Assembly: GCF_964355755.1 (NCBI RefSeq)
Contig: NC_092678.1
Location: 15,915,881-15,979,880 of the forward strand
DNA: 64,000 bases
DNA from: Antedon mediterranea
Lineage: Eukaryota; Animalia; Echinodermata
Direction of reading: 5' to 3'
Shown here: positions 1 through 13,952 of the stretch, piece after piece
Position numbering within the stretch: the first letter of the stretch is position 1
How the letters are laid out: each line of letters begins with the position of its first letter
Notes under the pieces: generated by a model
The model's database searches: none
Seen by the model: only the letters and a program-made list of their open reading frames with translations
What the model was told of the DNA's origin: nothing
Position numbers and translations under genes: made by a program

Positions 1-509
1 CATGCTGTATTATATAGCATGATGCATATAAATGAATTCACTTTTTAAATTCTGGAATTAGTATACTTGTAGATTTGTATAATAATTGGGCAGAAACCCC
101 ACACATGCGCATATATGTTATATGTATTATGGTTCCGCATATAAATAGCAGATAATAGTCGTACTGTAGTTCATTGTTGGACAGTGCATGTAAGATTGAC
201 TTCATTCGTGAATATAGTGATAGGCCTACATAATGAAAAACGTAAAACAACTGGTATTTCTATTTGTATACATTGTACATTGCACAGGTAAGACAGTTTC
301 TTCTATTAGAGTATTCGTTGCATATGCGATATGTAATTCTTGTCTCCTTTTTGGGGGATGGTAAAGTATGTATAACGTATTTATTCGAATAAATACCCAC
401 GTAAAACGTAAAATAATTAATGATTTAAAAATGATTAGAATGCTAATGTATAATTGTGTCATTAATTTTCTTTAGATAGTTCATTTAATTAAAAGTGTTT
501 GTTTTACAG

Positions 510-749
510 GTGATGTTATATTTGTGGCCAATGAACAAAATCCTCCTGGAATGTTCATGTCAGATATAAGTTCCGGTGACACAGATTTAAGATTTTCTGA
601 AGCAATGCAGAATGTTAAATTACGTAGACCATTCGCTGTTGATTATGATATTAGTGCATCAACATTATACTGGTCTGACTTGACCAAGGCAACTATTGAA
701 CGTTATTCATTTGTCACCAACCAACATGAAGTTCTTTTGTCATCAGTTG
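510..749 (+). pseudogene. aGPCR exon: first YWTD-propeller blades
   Basis: ttttacag acceptor, gtaagt donor; encodes ...RPFAVDYDISASTLYWSDLTKATIERY (LDLR class B repeat); phase 1-1. Confidence 0.85.
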
Positions 750-1539
750 GTAAGTAAAACAAATATTATTCTAAATTTTATTTCTTCAGTTTTTTTTTTA
801 TTAGGAATAACAACAGAGTTTTCATTTAATTATTATTTGTTATCGTTTGTCGGAATACTGTAGGCCTACTTTCCATAATTGTTTCCTTGTTAAACTTCTT
901 ACATTTTATTCATTCATAATGCCTTCGGTCTAAATAATAATAAACGTAACATATAATATACGTACACAATCAGTTAAACAACATCCTAAACATTGTTTTT
1001 TTTAATAACCAGTATCCACTTTTGGTGCATACTAAGTCAGGTCGTGTCGTTAGTAATGTGTATAGTCTAAGTTGTAACACTTTGTGCATAGTTTTAGAGA
1101 ATAAGCACAAACAATAAATAAATCCGTCTGATTTTTATAAACATTTTACCTAAACAATAGGACCGAGTAATGATTCCTGAAGCAATTGCAATAAATGCGA
1201 GAGTAGCCCAATAGTCCAAATTTACATCAGCGATTATACCAAAATATGGCCTACAGCAGTTTATATAATTCGTACCATGAATCGTAGTCCAGGTTCTTTC
1301 TACAAAACTGTGTTTAGCATTCATAAACCGACTCTAGTACTCAAGCTCTACAAAGTCTAAATTGGATGAACTTAGATGAAAGATTATATATAAATGAAGC
1401 TATTGTTATGTTTAAGATTATGGACAACCTTGCACCTCCATATTTATTAAATAAGTTCAATATCAAAAACAATTACTATAATATTAGAACTAAGCCAAAT
1501 TCAATAGTACCAAAACCAAACACAAACTACAAAAAACGT

Positions 1540-4500
1540 TTCATTTGTGAACTGGGTAAAAGCACTGTATTACAAAACAAATTGTATATTCACAATTAAT
1601 GGTTGGCAATCAGAAAGTTTTGCAATGCACCAAGGTATTAGACAAGGATGTCCCTTGTCTGCTCTATTGTTTATTTTAGTAGCTGAAGTCCTAGCTACGA
1701 AAATAAGAGCATGTGATATGGTCAAAGGCCTGATTGTTCCTGCAGGCAATGGTATATTTAAAGATATTTAAGATTGCACAGCTAGCAGATGACACTGTGC
1801 TTTTTCTAAAGGATATAAATAGTATAGATAACAGCATAAGTATTATTGAAAAGTTTGGAGAGGTTTCTGGATTAAAATTAAATAAGAATAAAACAAATGC
1901 TTTTTGGCTTGGCAGTTTAAAAGACTGCAAGGACACACCTGGTAATATTTCTTGGACATCCACACCAATTCGGATATTAGGTATCTATGTTGGACATGAT
2001 AAGGAATATTGTTATCAAAAGAACTGGAAAGGAAAAATAGACGCATTAGAAAATACCCTAAAAACATGGGAGAAAAGAAACCTCACTTTTTTTGGAAGAA
2101 TTACTATTGTAAAAACATTAGCGCTCTCAAAAATTATATACAATTCCAGCATTTTGCTAGTACCAGAAAAAGTAATAAAAGAGGTGGATAAATTAATGTT
2201 TAAATTCATTTGGGAAACTAAGAAAGAGAAAATAAAAAGAAAAACCATGTGTGCCAATTACAGTCAAGGTGGTCTAAAAATGGTAGAATTCAGATCTCAG
2301 ATAATATCTTTCCAAGTTAAATGGTACAGGAGAATGTATGAAATCGATGATGCCAAATGGAAATATTTACCTACATTTTATATAGAAAAAAATAGGCCCA
2401 AAATCATTAACCTCACATTTATCAAAAGTTTCGTGTAATATATCCGTACCACCATTTTACCTCTCAGTTATTAAGTCAATAGCAGTAGCTAATGCTTGTA
2501 ATAATAGACTAATTAAGGAACCAATAAGCTATGATGACATTATTAATCAATCATTATGGTGTAATGAGTTTATATGTATTAAAAAGAAGCCGTTATATAA
2601 CTGTAACTCGATTAGATCAGGGTTTTTAAAAATATATAATAAATAATAATGTGTTTAAGCCTGCGATAGAGATAAAAAGAAGGTTAAGATGTACACAAAA
2701 TTGGATCAGTGAATATTCTTGTATATTGAAAGCCATTCCAAAAGAATGGAAATGTATTTTAAAATCAACACATGACATTAATGTAAATGATATACCTATT
2801 ACAAACAATAAGGTCTTAAATATGACGTCTGGACAATTATATAGATTCATAATAGATGCTCAATATATTACACCTACGGCACAGGTTAAGTGGGAATCCA
2901 TATTTGGTAATATGCCATGGACAAAAATATGGGTTAAGAAAGTTTCTGGTCTTAATGTTTTTATCACGGAGAGAAAGAGAAGCGAAAAGATATACAGAAG
3001 CAAATCAAGCGGAAAATTATTGAATGCAAAAAGGAATATAAAAATAAAATTGAAAGGTCCTTCCGAAATCGTGACTCATCTCAGGTTTGGCAAGGTTTGC
3101 AGAATATTACTGGTTATAAACCGAAGGCAAAGGGTGTTGTTGTTGACAAAGAAAAGAAATATGCAAATGATTTAAATGCCTTCTACAACATATTTGATAA
3201 AGTGGACGTTGGCTTGAACATGAGGGAAACAACAAAACGCGTTGATGAACTGCCGGTACTCCCGGAACATTTTCAAATCACTGTGGACGAAGTGAACTTA
3301 TTATTTAAAAAACTTAACCCACGTAAGGCAAAAGGTCCCGATAATATTAGTTGTAAGACTCTTAAAATGTGTGCCGATCAGTTGGCCATTCCTTTTTGTA
3401 AACTTTTTCAATCCTCTGTAAATGACTCAATAGTTCCAATGTTGTGGAAAAAATCAACAATCATGCCCATTCCCAAAAAACCAAATCCCAAGAAAATGAA
3501 TGACCTTAGACCTGTGGCCCTTACATGTGTACCAATGAAGTGTTTAGAAAAAAAAAAACAAAAAAAAAAAAAAAAAAAAATTGTTAAAAGTAAGCTAGTT
3601 GCCTCAGTGGAGAATCTGCTAGATATAAATCAATTTGCATATCGTCCAAACAGGTGTGTTGATGATGCAGTGCTTCTGCTCCTTAATAATGTTTCTGAGC
3701 ACCTAGAGAAAAAAGGTTGCTTTGCGAGAATTCTTTTTGTTGATTTCTCTAGTGCATTCAATAATATTCAACCATATGTTCTGGCTAATAAGCTTATCGA
3801 TTTAGAAGTTAACCCACTGATTATAAAATGGCGTTGTTGAAAGTTAACACGGGTGTTCCACAAGGTTGTGTGTTATCACCTTTATTATACAATATACACA
3901 AATGATTGTAAGTCAAATAATACAAAAACTGAGATTATTAAATATGCAGACGACACTGCTCTGATTGGTTATCTGGATTCAAAAAATGATTCAATGACAG
4001 GCTTCTTAGACAGTATTAATATTTTTCACAAATGGTGTAAAGATAATTTTTTAGATCTAAATATAAATAAAACTAAATAGATAGTTTTTGATTTTCGGAA
4101 GAAGATAAACTACCTTCCCAAGATCAAAATCAATGGTGAGACCATTCCGGAAGTTAAAACTTACAAATATTTAGGGGTTGAAATTGATAATAAACTTAAA
4201 TTTGATGCAAATAGTAGGTGCATATACAATAAATTACAAAAACGTCTCTTCTTTCTACGCAAATTAAACTCTTTTAAGATTGACCGTACTATTTTACAAC
4301 TTTTTTATACTTCTATCTTAAACTGTGCACTTAGTTTTTGCCTAATATGTTATTATGGTAATTCACGTTTTAAAGATAGACTTTTACTTAATAAAATAGT
4401 TAAACAAGGCAGTAGAATAGTAGGCTCTGAACAAATTCAACCTGAAGTTTTATATAAGGAATTAGTAATTAAAAAATTGAAAATTATTTTAAAAGACCAC

Positions 4501-6226
4501 GCTCATCCTCTGCACTATAAATTTAACAAAAGTCAACGTTGTGACAGACTCCTTCAAAGAAAAATTAAAACAAATAGATATGGCAATTCATTCGTCCCTG
4601 CCGCTATACGATTATATAATGAATGATAATATCATTCATTATATAATCGTATAATCGTATTTTATGCGCTAAATTTATTTTTTGTAGTATTTTAAATCGA
4701 CTTTTTAGGATTTTATATGTATATTTTGTATGGCTTTTTTTTTTATCGTATTTTATATTTATGTACTGTATCCATTTTATATTTGTATGTACTGTACTTT
4801 TGAAAAGGCCAACAGAGTTTCCCCATGGGGATAATAAAGTTTTAATTGAATTGAATTGAATTGAATTAAAGAAAAAAAACTGGCACATTTTAATTTTAAA
4901 TTGTTGCACAGAATATTGCCAACAAATGAAAGATTACATAGGTAGAGACTTGTAAATTCCCCATTTTGTGACACATGCAATGTTATTGAGAATGATAAAC
5001 ATATTATGTTAGTAGAGTGCATAACAGTAAAATGTTTATATGGGAGAGAGATAAACGAAATAATTAGAGCAGTAAGCATACATATTCCTGTTTTTTTCTT
5101 TCAAAAGACTTTTATTTGAAACTGACAATAATTACGTGATAAATTTACACTTTAGGAGCATTTTGTATTTATAAAGTAAAGATATTAAGTTTATTGGAAA
5201 AAGAAAAAAAAATCAATCTCCTACAAATGTTTAAATCTGAAAAAAAAGATAAGAAATATGTAAATCTGCAGGTATACTGTATATGCTCAACCAGATTAAG
5301 GAAGAAAATATGTAAATGAGATACCATGTATGATGAATCTATTATGTTTGTTTTTTTTTTTTTTTTTTCTTGCTACTATATTGTATGTTTTGTAAATATG
5401 TATACCTTGATGATTTGAAAACAAAAAGACAAAATGTGAAAAGCTTTTTATAGATTGATGATACAAAAATGATGAAGGATAAGAAGGTTTAGGTTTAAGT
5501 GGTGAAGTGTCTTCATCAAAGCTTTCATATTATAGGTATATATATATATATATATATATATATGTAATATGCACATTCTTACTGCAGGTGGAATTTTGAA
5601 ATGATAAAATGGTTAAAAAGAAAAAAAAATTCTAATTTTTTTAATGGATCATTAAACATAAATGTTGTTAAATGATAATGTATGTATAAAAAAATAATAG
5701 AATAAATAATAAGTAAAAGAAAAATTGAATGAACCCACATAAGAAAAAAAAAGGTAAATGAAACTTTGATGGGTTATACTGTAGATGCAAAAAAAGATAA
5801 TCTGTTGGTAATGAATTTTGTAAACATTTAAAGATAAAAAAAAATCAATGTTAAAGGATGAGGAAAATATAATGTTAACAGTAAAAAGTTAGTAAGTAAT
5901 TAGTATAACAGAGAATATGCATTGTTTAAATGAAAATATGTTTGCATAGATAAATCCAAAGAAAAATAAAATAGGGCAAACCCATGGGATGGATTTAGTA
6001 AACATAAACGTATTAGGCCTATAATTGTATGAAATAAATATGCATGTAGATGAAAAAAAACAACAAAAACAACTATGTAAGAAAAAATAAGCTTTGTTAA
6101 TGAAAATGTGTTATAGATAATATGTATAAAAAGAGGAAATTATTTAATCAATGTGGTTAAATGATAATGTATGTATAAACAAAATAATATATGGAAATAG
6201 TGGGATGAACCCACATAAGATAAAAA
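1540..6226 (+). mobile_element. L1/Tx1-clade LINE, 5'-truncated and degenerate (parts 1540-2955 and 4866-6226)
   Basis: GIRQGCPLSALLFILVAEVL, QLADDT, SGLKLNKNKT, GRITIVKTLALSK, QGGLKM; C-terminal FNFKLLHRILPTN...CDTC...E...H...C zinc knuckle at about 4890-5020; A-rich 3' region; 16-bp TSD with one mismatch. Confidence 0.85.
2956..4865 (+). mobile_element. Rex1/Babar-like LINE, 5'-truncated and degenerate (innermost)
   Basis: KAKGPDNI, NDLRPVALTCVPMKCLE, QFAYRPNR..DDA, RILFVDFSSAFN, GVPQGCVLSP, KYADDT; ends aataaa + (aattg)n. Confidence 0.82.
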
Positions 6227-7505
6227 AAACTAAAAAAAACGTAGCTTATCATATAGAGGTGCCAAGGTTTGGAATGAGCTACATGAAGATATTAAAAATG
6301 TGAACTCTGTTTCTCTTTTTAAGAAACTGTTAACTGCTAATTTCATGTAGCTTTATTTAAATGTTGTGTATTATTTAATTTTATAGTTAGTAAGTGTATC
6401 CTTGTTTTATTTCATTGTAATTGTTTTATTATCTGCTTTTTTTTTACCTTCTGTAATTGTTTTATTATTTTTGATTTGATATCTGCTTTTTACATTTATT
6501 TTTGTTGGTGTTTTCCTTTTAGCACGGTCTTACTGAAAAACAACTTTTAGTTGAGTTAAGTATCCGTGATTAAATAAAGCTTATTATTATTATTGTTATT
6601 ATTATTATTATTATTAGAAAAAAGTTAATATTTTTGCACATATGGCGTTTCTTACGTATAACACTTGAGGTCAAATTTTCCAGACAAAAATCGAAATGTC
6701 GACTGGTTAACTAGTAAAAAGAAAATATACAGACTTGGGGTATGTCTACATAAATCGTTTACTTTCACATTATCTATCCTGCTTTCATAAAAAACAACCC
6801 TTGTGTAATGTTGTGTTCTGTGCATCGTTAATTACTTATTCATGTAGGCCTATTGTATTTAAACGGGATGCGATGATTCGAATAATACACATTCAAGCGT
6901 CTCTCTAAAACCGACATATCCTGTAAAGAACTTAGGCCAAACATGTATCAATCTACACATGATATTATTCTATCAAAAATAGTGTGATATGAAATAATTT
7001 GTAACTGTACTTACAGCAACGCATGGAGCGTGCGCACCCAGCGTTGTATTCTGGATCTGCCTCTGCCAAATAATGTCTATGGTGTTGTTATTTTATACTG
7101 CTAGTAAGGTATTTTTCAAATGTTCATACCATCAGACAATACAATAAAGGTTACAGATGTATGAATTTATATTGGATATGTCTTTTTAGTGGTTATTGAA
7201 CATTAAGATTGAGAAAACTAGACATAAACGTCTATAAAGATCTGCAATTTTTTTTGTATGACTACAGTCTGTAATGCCGTATTTATTCAAGTGCGGTTTT
7301 ATGGCGCGTGTAATTGAGGGTAAAATCACCATGGCGTTTATTTGAAGGATTGGGGAGAGGGGGTGGAGTTTATTCCAAAGTATTTTAAAATTATGGGAGG
7401 AGGCGTTTATTTATTATTTATGATTTAAGATGTTACATTATGTTTAAACTACTAGTTTTTATAACATTTATGTACGTATAAGATTCCACAGTATGTGATT
7501 ACAAC

Positions 7506-7942
7506 ATTATGATTATTATTATTATTACATTTATTTACCGAGGGTAGCCCAAACAGTTAAAAACTGGTTTCCATTGGGCCTTGCATTTCACGTTATTTGA
7601 GGGTAACGTAGCTCCTCTCATTTTGAACACAGTAAGGTGTTAATTGTACATTGTATCAAACAAATTGGATTTAAAAACACTTACAGAAGTCTCGGTTCTC
7701 ATGATGTCAATATGCAAATTGTTCCATATATTTTTCCCACTTACACAAAAACTCGTGAGGTAAATTTCCTTTGTCGCAAAAGGGATCTTCAACTTCATAA
7801 CTTTTGACTGCCTTGTTTCACGAGTTTGAGGTAATGGATTGAATAGGTTTATCATGCCTGGGGGTGCCAGATTGTTGAGACATTTAAAAACGAGTATGGC
7901 TTTTATATATGTGACTTTTTTGGAAAACGGGAGCCAGTTCAC
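7506..7942 (-). mobile_element. CR1/L2-group LINE 3' fragment
   Basis: NWLPF...VFKCLNNLAPP...SFCVSGKNIWNNL...FKSNL; (taa)n tail near 7506-7527. Confidence 0.75.
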
Positions 7943-7970
7943 ATTGTTTTATTGCTCATCATTATTTAAG

Positions 7971-8133
7971 ATTCGTATGGTTTAGCCGTTGATGGAACTG
8001 GAAAGAAACTTTATTGGACAGATAATGACAAAGCTCGAATTGAAGTAATAAATGTGGATGGAACGAACAGACAAATTCTGATTAACACAGGATTAAGCAC
8101 CCCATATGCAATTGCGTTAGACACAACTAATGG
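7971..8133 (+). pseudogene. aGPCR exon: YWTD repeat
   Basis: SYGLAVDGTGKKLYWTDNDKARIEVINVDGTNRQILINTGLSTPYAIALDTTNG; AG/GT bounded; not in ORF track. Confidence 0.88.
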
Positions 8134-8410
8134 GTATGTCACTATCTATATTGTTTACAGTACCGTGTGTCTTCTTTCAATCTCAATTACCTTCACATCT
8201 AATATTTGATTGAGAAAAATATTAAAATGCTATAAAACCATTTGTACCTTTTAAATAATCAATGAGGAAAGTAATAGAGAATACGAAATGAAAACTTAAC
8301 TCAGGTTTTAGTCATTTTATAAGATATCATACTTAGCTCTGCTTTCATTAGTTAATCTAAATTTTAAAAGACTGTGAACCACTATATTAACAGACATTGT
8401 ACCTACTTAG

Positions 8411-8542
8411 ATACATATACTGGACTGATTATGGAAACAAACAATTAAATAGAGCGAGTGAAGTTAAATGACTTGAGTATAAGAACTGCCTTAGTAACAA
8501 CAGGACTTATAAGGTCATACGGACTTGTTTTAGCAGTTCCAG
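8411..8542 (+). pseudogene. aGPCR exon: YWTD repeat with frameshift
   Basis: YIYWTDYGNKQ in one frame (hits TGA 8469-8471), continuing as IERVKLNDLSIRTALVTTGLIRSYGLVLAVP in the +1 frame; 132-nt length is incompatible with its phase 2 to phase 1 boundaries. Confidence 0.85.
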
Positions 8543-10082
8543 GTAAGTTTATGAGACATGATTTATATCAATTGTACAAACTAGTACTAGTAAATAATAC
8601 TACAAAGTTCAAAGTCGTTAATTGAGGACGCATCCCGAATTTCTGAAAAAAATCAGACCAATATGCGTGTATTAAAGTTCTGTTGGTCGGCAGTCACTGA
8701 TTATGTACATAGTCAGACCTGACAATTACAATACAACTTGTGAAAGTTGTATTGTAGTTTTCAGATCAGAAAATAATATTTTGTTGCCGCTGTAAATAAA
8801 ACTTTATTTTATGTATCTTGGTATTTAGCCTATGTCTATGTTATAGTTATATAGCGATTAATGCATTGTTTGGTAGATACTAAATGTTAAAATTATCCAT
8901 TTATTGTTTTATAACGCAATACGTTTACATTATTACCATTACAAAATAATCCAATTTTAACAGCAATTTTAGATCAGTCAAAAATTGCCTTTTTATTACT
9001 AGACTGTTTTAAAACTGCTCGCGTATAATGCTATAGGAGATAAGCAGTCTTAACAAGCCCGCCCTGAAACTCAAATTTTATTTGAACAATGCTCTTAAGC
9101 TCTGTCTACATTAATATTAATAGTTGTGCCCACATTATGGTAGTAATATTCACACATATGTTACTGATATGACATCATCATCCTAAAAGGTCTAACATTC
9201 ACAAAAATAATTACAAAAATAAATTACAATAATTTAATAAATTAAACGAGTAGAGAGTAAATACAAAATACAATTTAAATATTTACAGCCAGTACTTAGC
9301 TCAAAGTGGAGAATTTTACAAGACTACTGTTTCAGATATTGACAGTTTATACCATAATTTAGTAATTTTACCAACTTTCAAACAATTTCGACTTAAAATC
9401 ACGTCATACGATCTTCATGGTGAAGTTTATTTTTATTACATATTCTGGAAGTTGGTGAGTTGTTAATATCGGATCATGCATCAATATGGCTAACCGGACA
9501 TTGTGACTTCATTGTATGGCTACTCGAATATAAAATATAGGATTTTTGTCTCTTTCGTCATAGCTCATCACATTAAATAGAGCGCATCTCCACTTTTCCG
9601 TATTCCATTTCCCCCCATGTTTTTTTAATTATTGTCTGTGTCAATCAATTATCTTTCGCAAGATTTATCATTTTTTTAAATGTGATGACGTTATCATGTT
9701 CAAAAGCGTGAATAACTTGGGTCACTTCTTTAAATAATAATGATAATAAGATTTATACAGCGCACATATCCACTTAAGTGCTCAAGGTGCTTGTAAAAAC
9801 CATGAAACAATTTAACCATAAACATAAATACTACTTTCATCATTCCATTAATTTAAATATGCTATAGCTCCTCAGAATGTAAAGTGAGACTAATGATTAA
9901 ACAAATTTTCTGGAAGCTGTTGAATTTTAGATGCGAATTCATGTACAAATATTGTGCATCGGCTGTTGTGACGTCATCATAAATTATAAAAAGTCGTATT
10001 TTCATATTTTGCTTCATAGCTCATGACATTTAAAAGAGCGCGCGTCCGTATTCTACGTAATCAAATTTGTTCAACACGTTAA

Positions 10083-13000
10083 GAGCAATTGTCTGTAAGA
10101 ATCAAAGAAATATCAAAAAGAGTGGCAGACTCAAAAAAATGGATTTCTTTCAAATTTTACACATGGCTATATATGTGTTGAGAGAAATCAAATATGAAGT
10201 ATTTTTTATTTCACACGTATATTTGCATGGCAACGGCCAAATTTGTATTTTTGACAAATTTTGTCCTTTTTTAAGGTTTTTTAAAATGGATATTGGTACT
10301 ACTTTGATGAACGATATTTTTGTTTTGTTCATTTAATTATAAAAAAATAATTAGTGTATGTACCTGTTTCGAATTTGTTTATTTTTTTTAATTTCATACT
10401 TTGAGAGATACCATTTATTTAAAAAGGGGAGTTTTTCACTTTTTTTAAATTGTTCAATGCAACTAAACTTTACTTCACCATAACGCCCAAAGTGGTTTTT
10501 TTTTTAGCTGATTTATTACAAATAGGTAGTTATAATGTTTAATAATTGATTTCTAAAATAAAATACTGGGGTAAATTTAAAATCTACAAGCAGTGTTGCG
10601 AGAAACATAGGCATTTTTATAAAAAAAAACATGGTATATTAGTAAAAACATTTTATTTTCTTTGATTAGTTGATTTGAAACTCATCGGTCAGAAAAATTC
10701 TTAATGTTTTATATAGTTCTAGTTGTGTTGTGAGAAAAACAATTAATTTTTAATTATAGATTCTGTAATTCTCAGTTTTAATGTCATTTTATAGGTTATA
10801 TCCTCTGGAAATTTGAATAAATTATCAGATTGTTGTGAATTTTAATCTTTGCAACAGATTACTCCTCTCTTATTTTGAAGCTCCTCTTTCATTTGTTTAC
10901 TTCTTTTATTTGCTAACCTAAGCAGATCCCACATGCCCATCCACCACCACTTTCAACTACCACCCCCCCCCCCCCCACACCCACCCCGACTATAACCACA
11001 AAAAGATAAACTGCAACACTTTGGTCAATCATCCACTATAGAGTGTCAAATGCATGCATTCAAGCACCACCCACACTGCCGCTACCGCGACGGATTCAAA
11101 CTCCTCCATCCCACCCCCTCCCCCTTTCTCCAAGTCCACACCCACACCAAGTTAAAAATTGCAATGCAAAAGATTGGACATAAAGTTAAGTTTTTAGACC
11201 CTCACCTTCAACCCCCTAACTATTTAAAAGTCCTGGATCTACCACTTTCCCCTCCACAAAATAAAACCAATCAAAAGTCAATGGTATACTCAGGTATGTT
11301 AATGCTACATAACAAATATTGAAGCCCTGATTTGAAATTTCATTTCATTTAAGGTCAGCATGTAAAATATCACACTTTATTATTAAATATTTGTTTTAAA
11401 TTCTATATTTTTTTTACTGTGATGGTTGGATTCAGTATTAATTATTAATTAACAATTATCTGATAATTATTTAATTTCCCTTAGTTATGGATAGCAACAG
11501 TTACTATGGTAATTAAAAATGAGATATTCTTTATATTTTGCATATTTATCTCATATAAATTTAAATTTGTAGATTATTAGCAGGCATGCCTTATTTGCAT
11601 TTTCAAATTACCGTTTCACAAGGTCATATTTGTAAGCACTTTCTTCTGTGATTATTTTTATTCATGAAAACCCCATATTTTATTTACAGCGGCCACCTCC
11701 CTTAACGGACGCACTTTGAAAAGCCTGTTTGTTCTTCCTATCTAATTAGTGCATTTGGTGCTTACCGTAAGCAGCTGCGGGCACCTTTTTATACTAAAAA
11801 TGAGATTTTTTGTAAGCGGCCAATCGAAAAATTTGATACTTATTGCATGGACCTTTGAATTAGAGGTGCATGTTTATTGTATTTCTTTATATATTAGCTT
11901 CATTTTGAAGAGGTTATAAAAACATTACTGTGAAGAGATGAGAAAACTACATAGATTTTGACCGACCATTTTTGATATGATAAAAGTTGTTAAAATTTGT
12001 CTGAAAATGCTAAAAAATACTAAACCACCTGATTATAAATAATAATAGGCCTACAATTAGCTGGAAAATTGAGAAGTTAAGTGATCTTAGCTTGAGTGAT
12101 CTTGGCCCTTTATCGGCCGAACGGGGGGTAAGGGGTCACCGCCCGTAAGCGGCCACTTTTCCAGGTCCCGAGGGTGGCCACTTACCGGATGTTCAACTGT
12201 ATTTAAAAAAACAATTATCCTTAGTTATGCAGAGAAACAGGTTCTAAGATAACATAAATAATACATTTTGACATAACTTGACATAGCTTGACCCAACAAA
12301 TGACCCTTTCACAAGGTCAGACATTTTCTGGCATTCAGTAGATAAGTAAATTTGGGAAAAGTTAGTAAAGCTATGTAATCTATTGTTTGTAGTCATGAAA
12401 CCCCATATTAAAAAAATTGTACTTAGTTACGTATAGAAACAGTTGCTACAATACACTTTATGTAAAATGTTTATGTCATTTGACCTCATATGTAAATTTT
12501 TTTTTTTTTCATGAAACTCCATATTTAATTTTTTTTTTTTAAATATCATTTGCTACGTAAACAGGTTTAAGATAACACTAAAGGTCATTTTTTTTACCTT
12601 TATTCAGATTCGTCAAGACTGTACTTTCTTTCTGAGATTATTAGGATTCAGTATTTAAAGTAAATTTGGCAAAAAGTAGAAATGTAAAACTATGTAGAAA
12701 ACATTTTTTGTATTTATGAAAAACCCCTTATTTTTTTAAAATTTTCGCATAGAAACAGTTACTATGGTAAAATTTTGACCTCAAAATGAATGAATTTACA
12801 AGGTCAAGTTTGTCATTAATGGAATGCAGTAGAAGTAAAATGGAGAAAAATTACAAATGCAATCAATTCTTTGTATTTATAAAAACGCCATTTTTTACGT
12901 TTTTTTTAAAATTACTTTCCTTAGTTACACATAGAAATGGTTGCTAGAGTAACACTATAGGTAAAATATGAAAATTGTTGAGAATCGTTATGAACTATCT

Positions 13001-13952
13001 TGTAAATTTTGATCAAACATTAATAGTTGTAGTAAAGTGGGGACCTGTCCTGTTTTGCATTCTGACCCCTTTTTACCTCAAATGACCTATTTACAAGGTC
13101 AGATTTTTTGGGAGGTCTTTCTGTATTTCTTTACACAAAATAGATTTAGAAATTTATAAAAACCATTGACGCAATTATTTCCAAGTTTAACATTATTTTC
13201 CATCAACTAAATATTTCAATGAAAAATACTGTTTTTCTGGCAATTAATTGAAATAAACCTGGCAACAGATTCTCATATTGTATTTAAACTATTCGTATGA
13301 CTCTAGTAGAATTATGGCAAGCCAAATATAGATTTTATTATTGGATTAGCCATATTTAAATTGTGTTTCATGTGTTTTGTTTGTTGATATTTTGTTATAT
13401 TTTTTGTATTTTTCGTATTTTCTTGGCAACACAAAACCTATGTACAAAATTTACCCCAGTGGTTTTTTTTTGTGATTATTGTTGACAAACATATTGACTA
13501 TCAAATTAAAAAACCTCATTGATTTAAAAACACCACTTTGGAAGTTATAGGTACGTTTATGAGGTATACTTTAATAAAAAAAATATTTTTTAAAAACACC
13601 CCTTTTTAAAATAATGGTATCAACCAAACTCAATTTTGTAATTTTTTTTTTCTACATTAAATGGAACTCAATACATGTTGTTTACACTGCTATAAACAAA
13701 AACTGTATACTGTAAGTATTTTTGGTTAAAATAAGTATACAAGTTTGTACTTTTTCACTATAGAAAATCGGTGAAAAATGGCAAAAACATCAAAATTTGG
13801 ATAATTGACCGTTTTCATGGCAACGGAAGCTAAAAATTAAAATGAATGTTGTAGATATTCTTTTTATTGAAATGTCTATTCATGGTAACAATTTGTGAAA
13901 TCCATTTTTTAAAATCTGCCACCAAATCTTTGATTTTTACAGACAATGGCTC
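10083..13952. mobile_element. Non-autonomous DNA transposon with TTAA target duplication and long degenerate TIRs (Kolobok-like)
   Basis: ttaa|gagcaattgtctgtaagaatcaaaga ... tctttgatttttacagacaatggctc|ttaa; inverted similarity continues about 500 bp inward; internal degenerate tandem units; no transposase ORF seen. Confidence 0.7.
11687..12199. mobile_element. Tc1/mariner(pogo)-like MITE nested in the TTAA element
   Basis: ta|cag... and ...gttcaactg|ta ends; repeated agcggcca subterminal motifs; left TIR appears partly deleted. Confidence 0.5.

Larger units (their letters stand above)
1325..6616 (+). mobile_element. CR1/L2-group LINE 3' fragment (outer element of nest; parts about 1325-1539 and 6243-6616)
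   Basis: KIMDNLAPPYL...VPKPNTNYKKR resumes after the insert as SLSYRGAKVWNELHEDIK...FKK; ends aataaa + (tta)n. Confidence 0.75.

Noticed and set aside
3548-3580. Poly-lysine tract as a functional motif
   Set aside because: A-homopolymer expansion within a dead LINE RT.
1734-4080. RT-like ORFs as a host gene or a single intact retroelement
   Set aside because: They are frameshifted pieces of two different LINE clades, nested and 5'-truncated.
10067-11322. Short ORFs inside the TTAA element as transposase remnants
   Set aside because: Low-complexity translations with no DDE, THAP or zinc-finger motifs.
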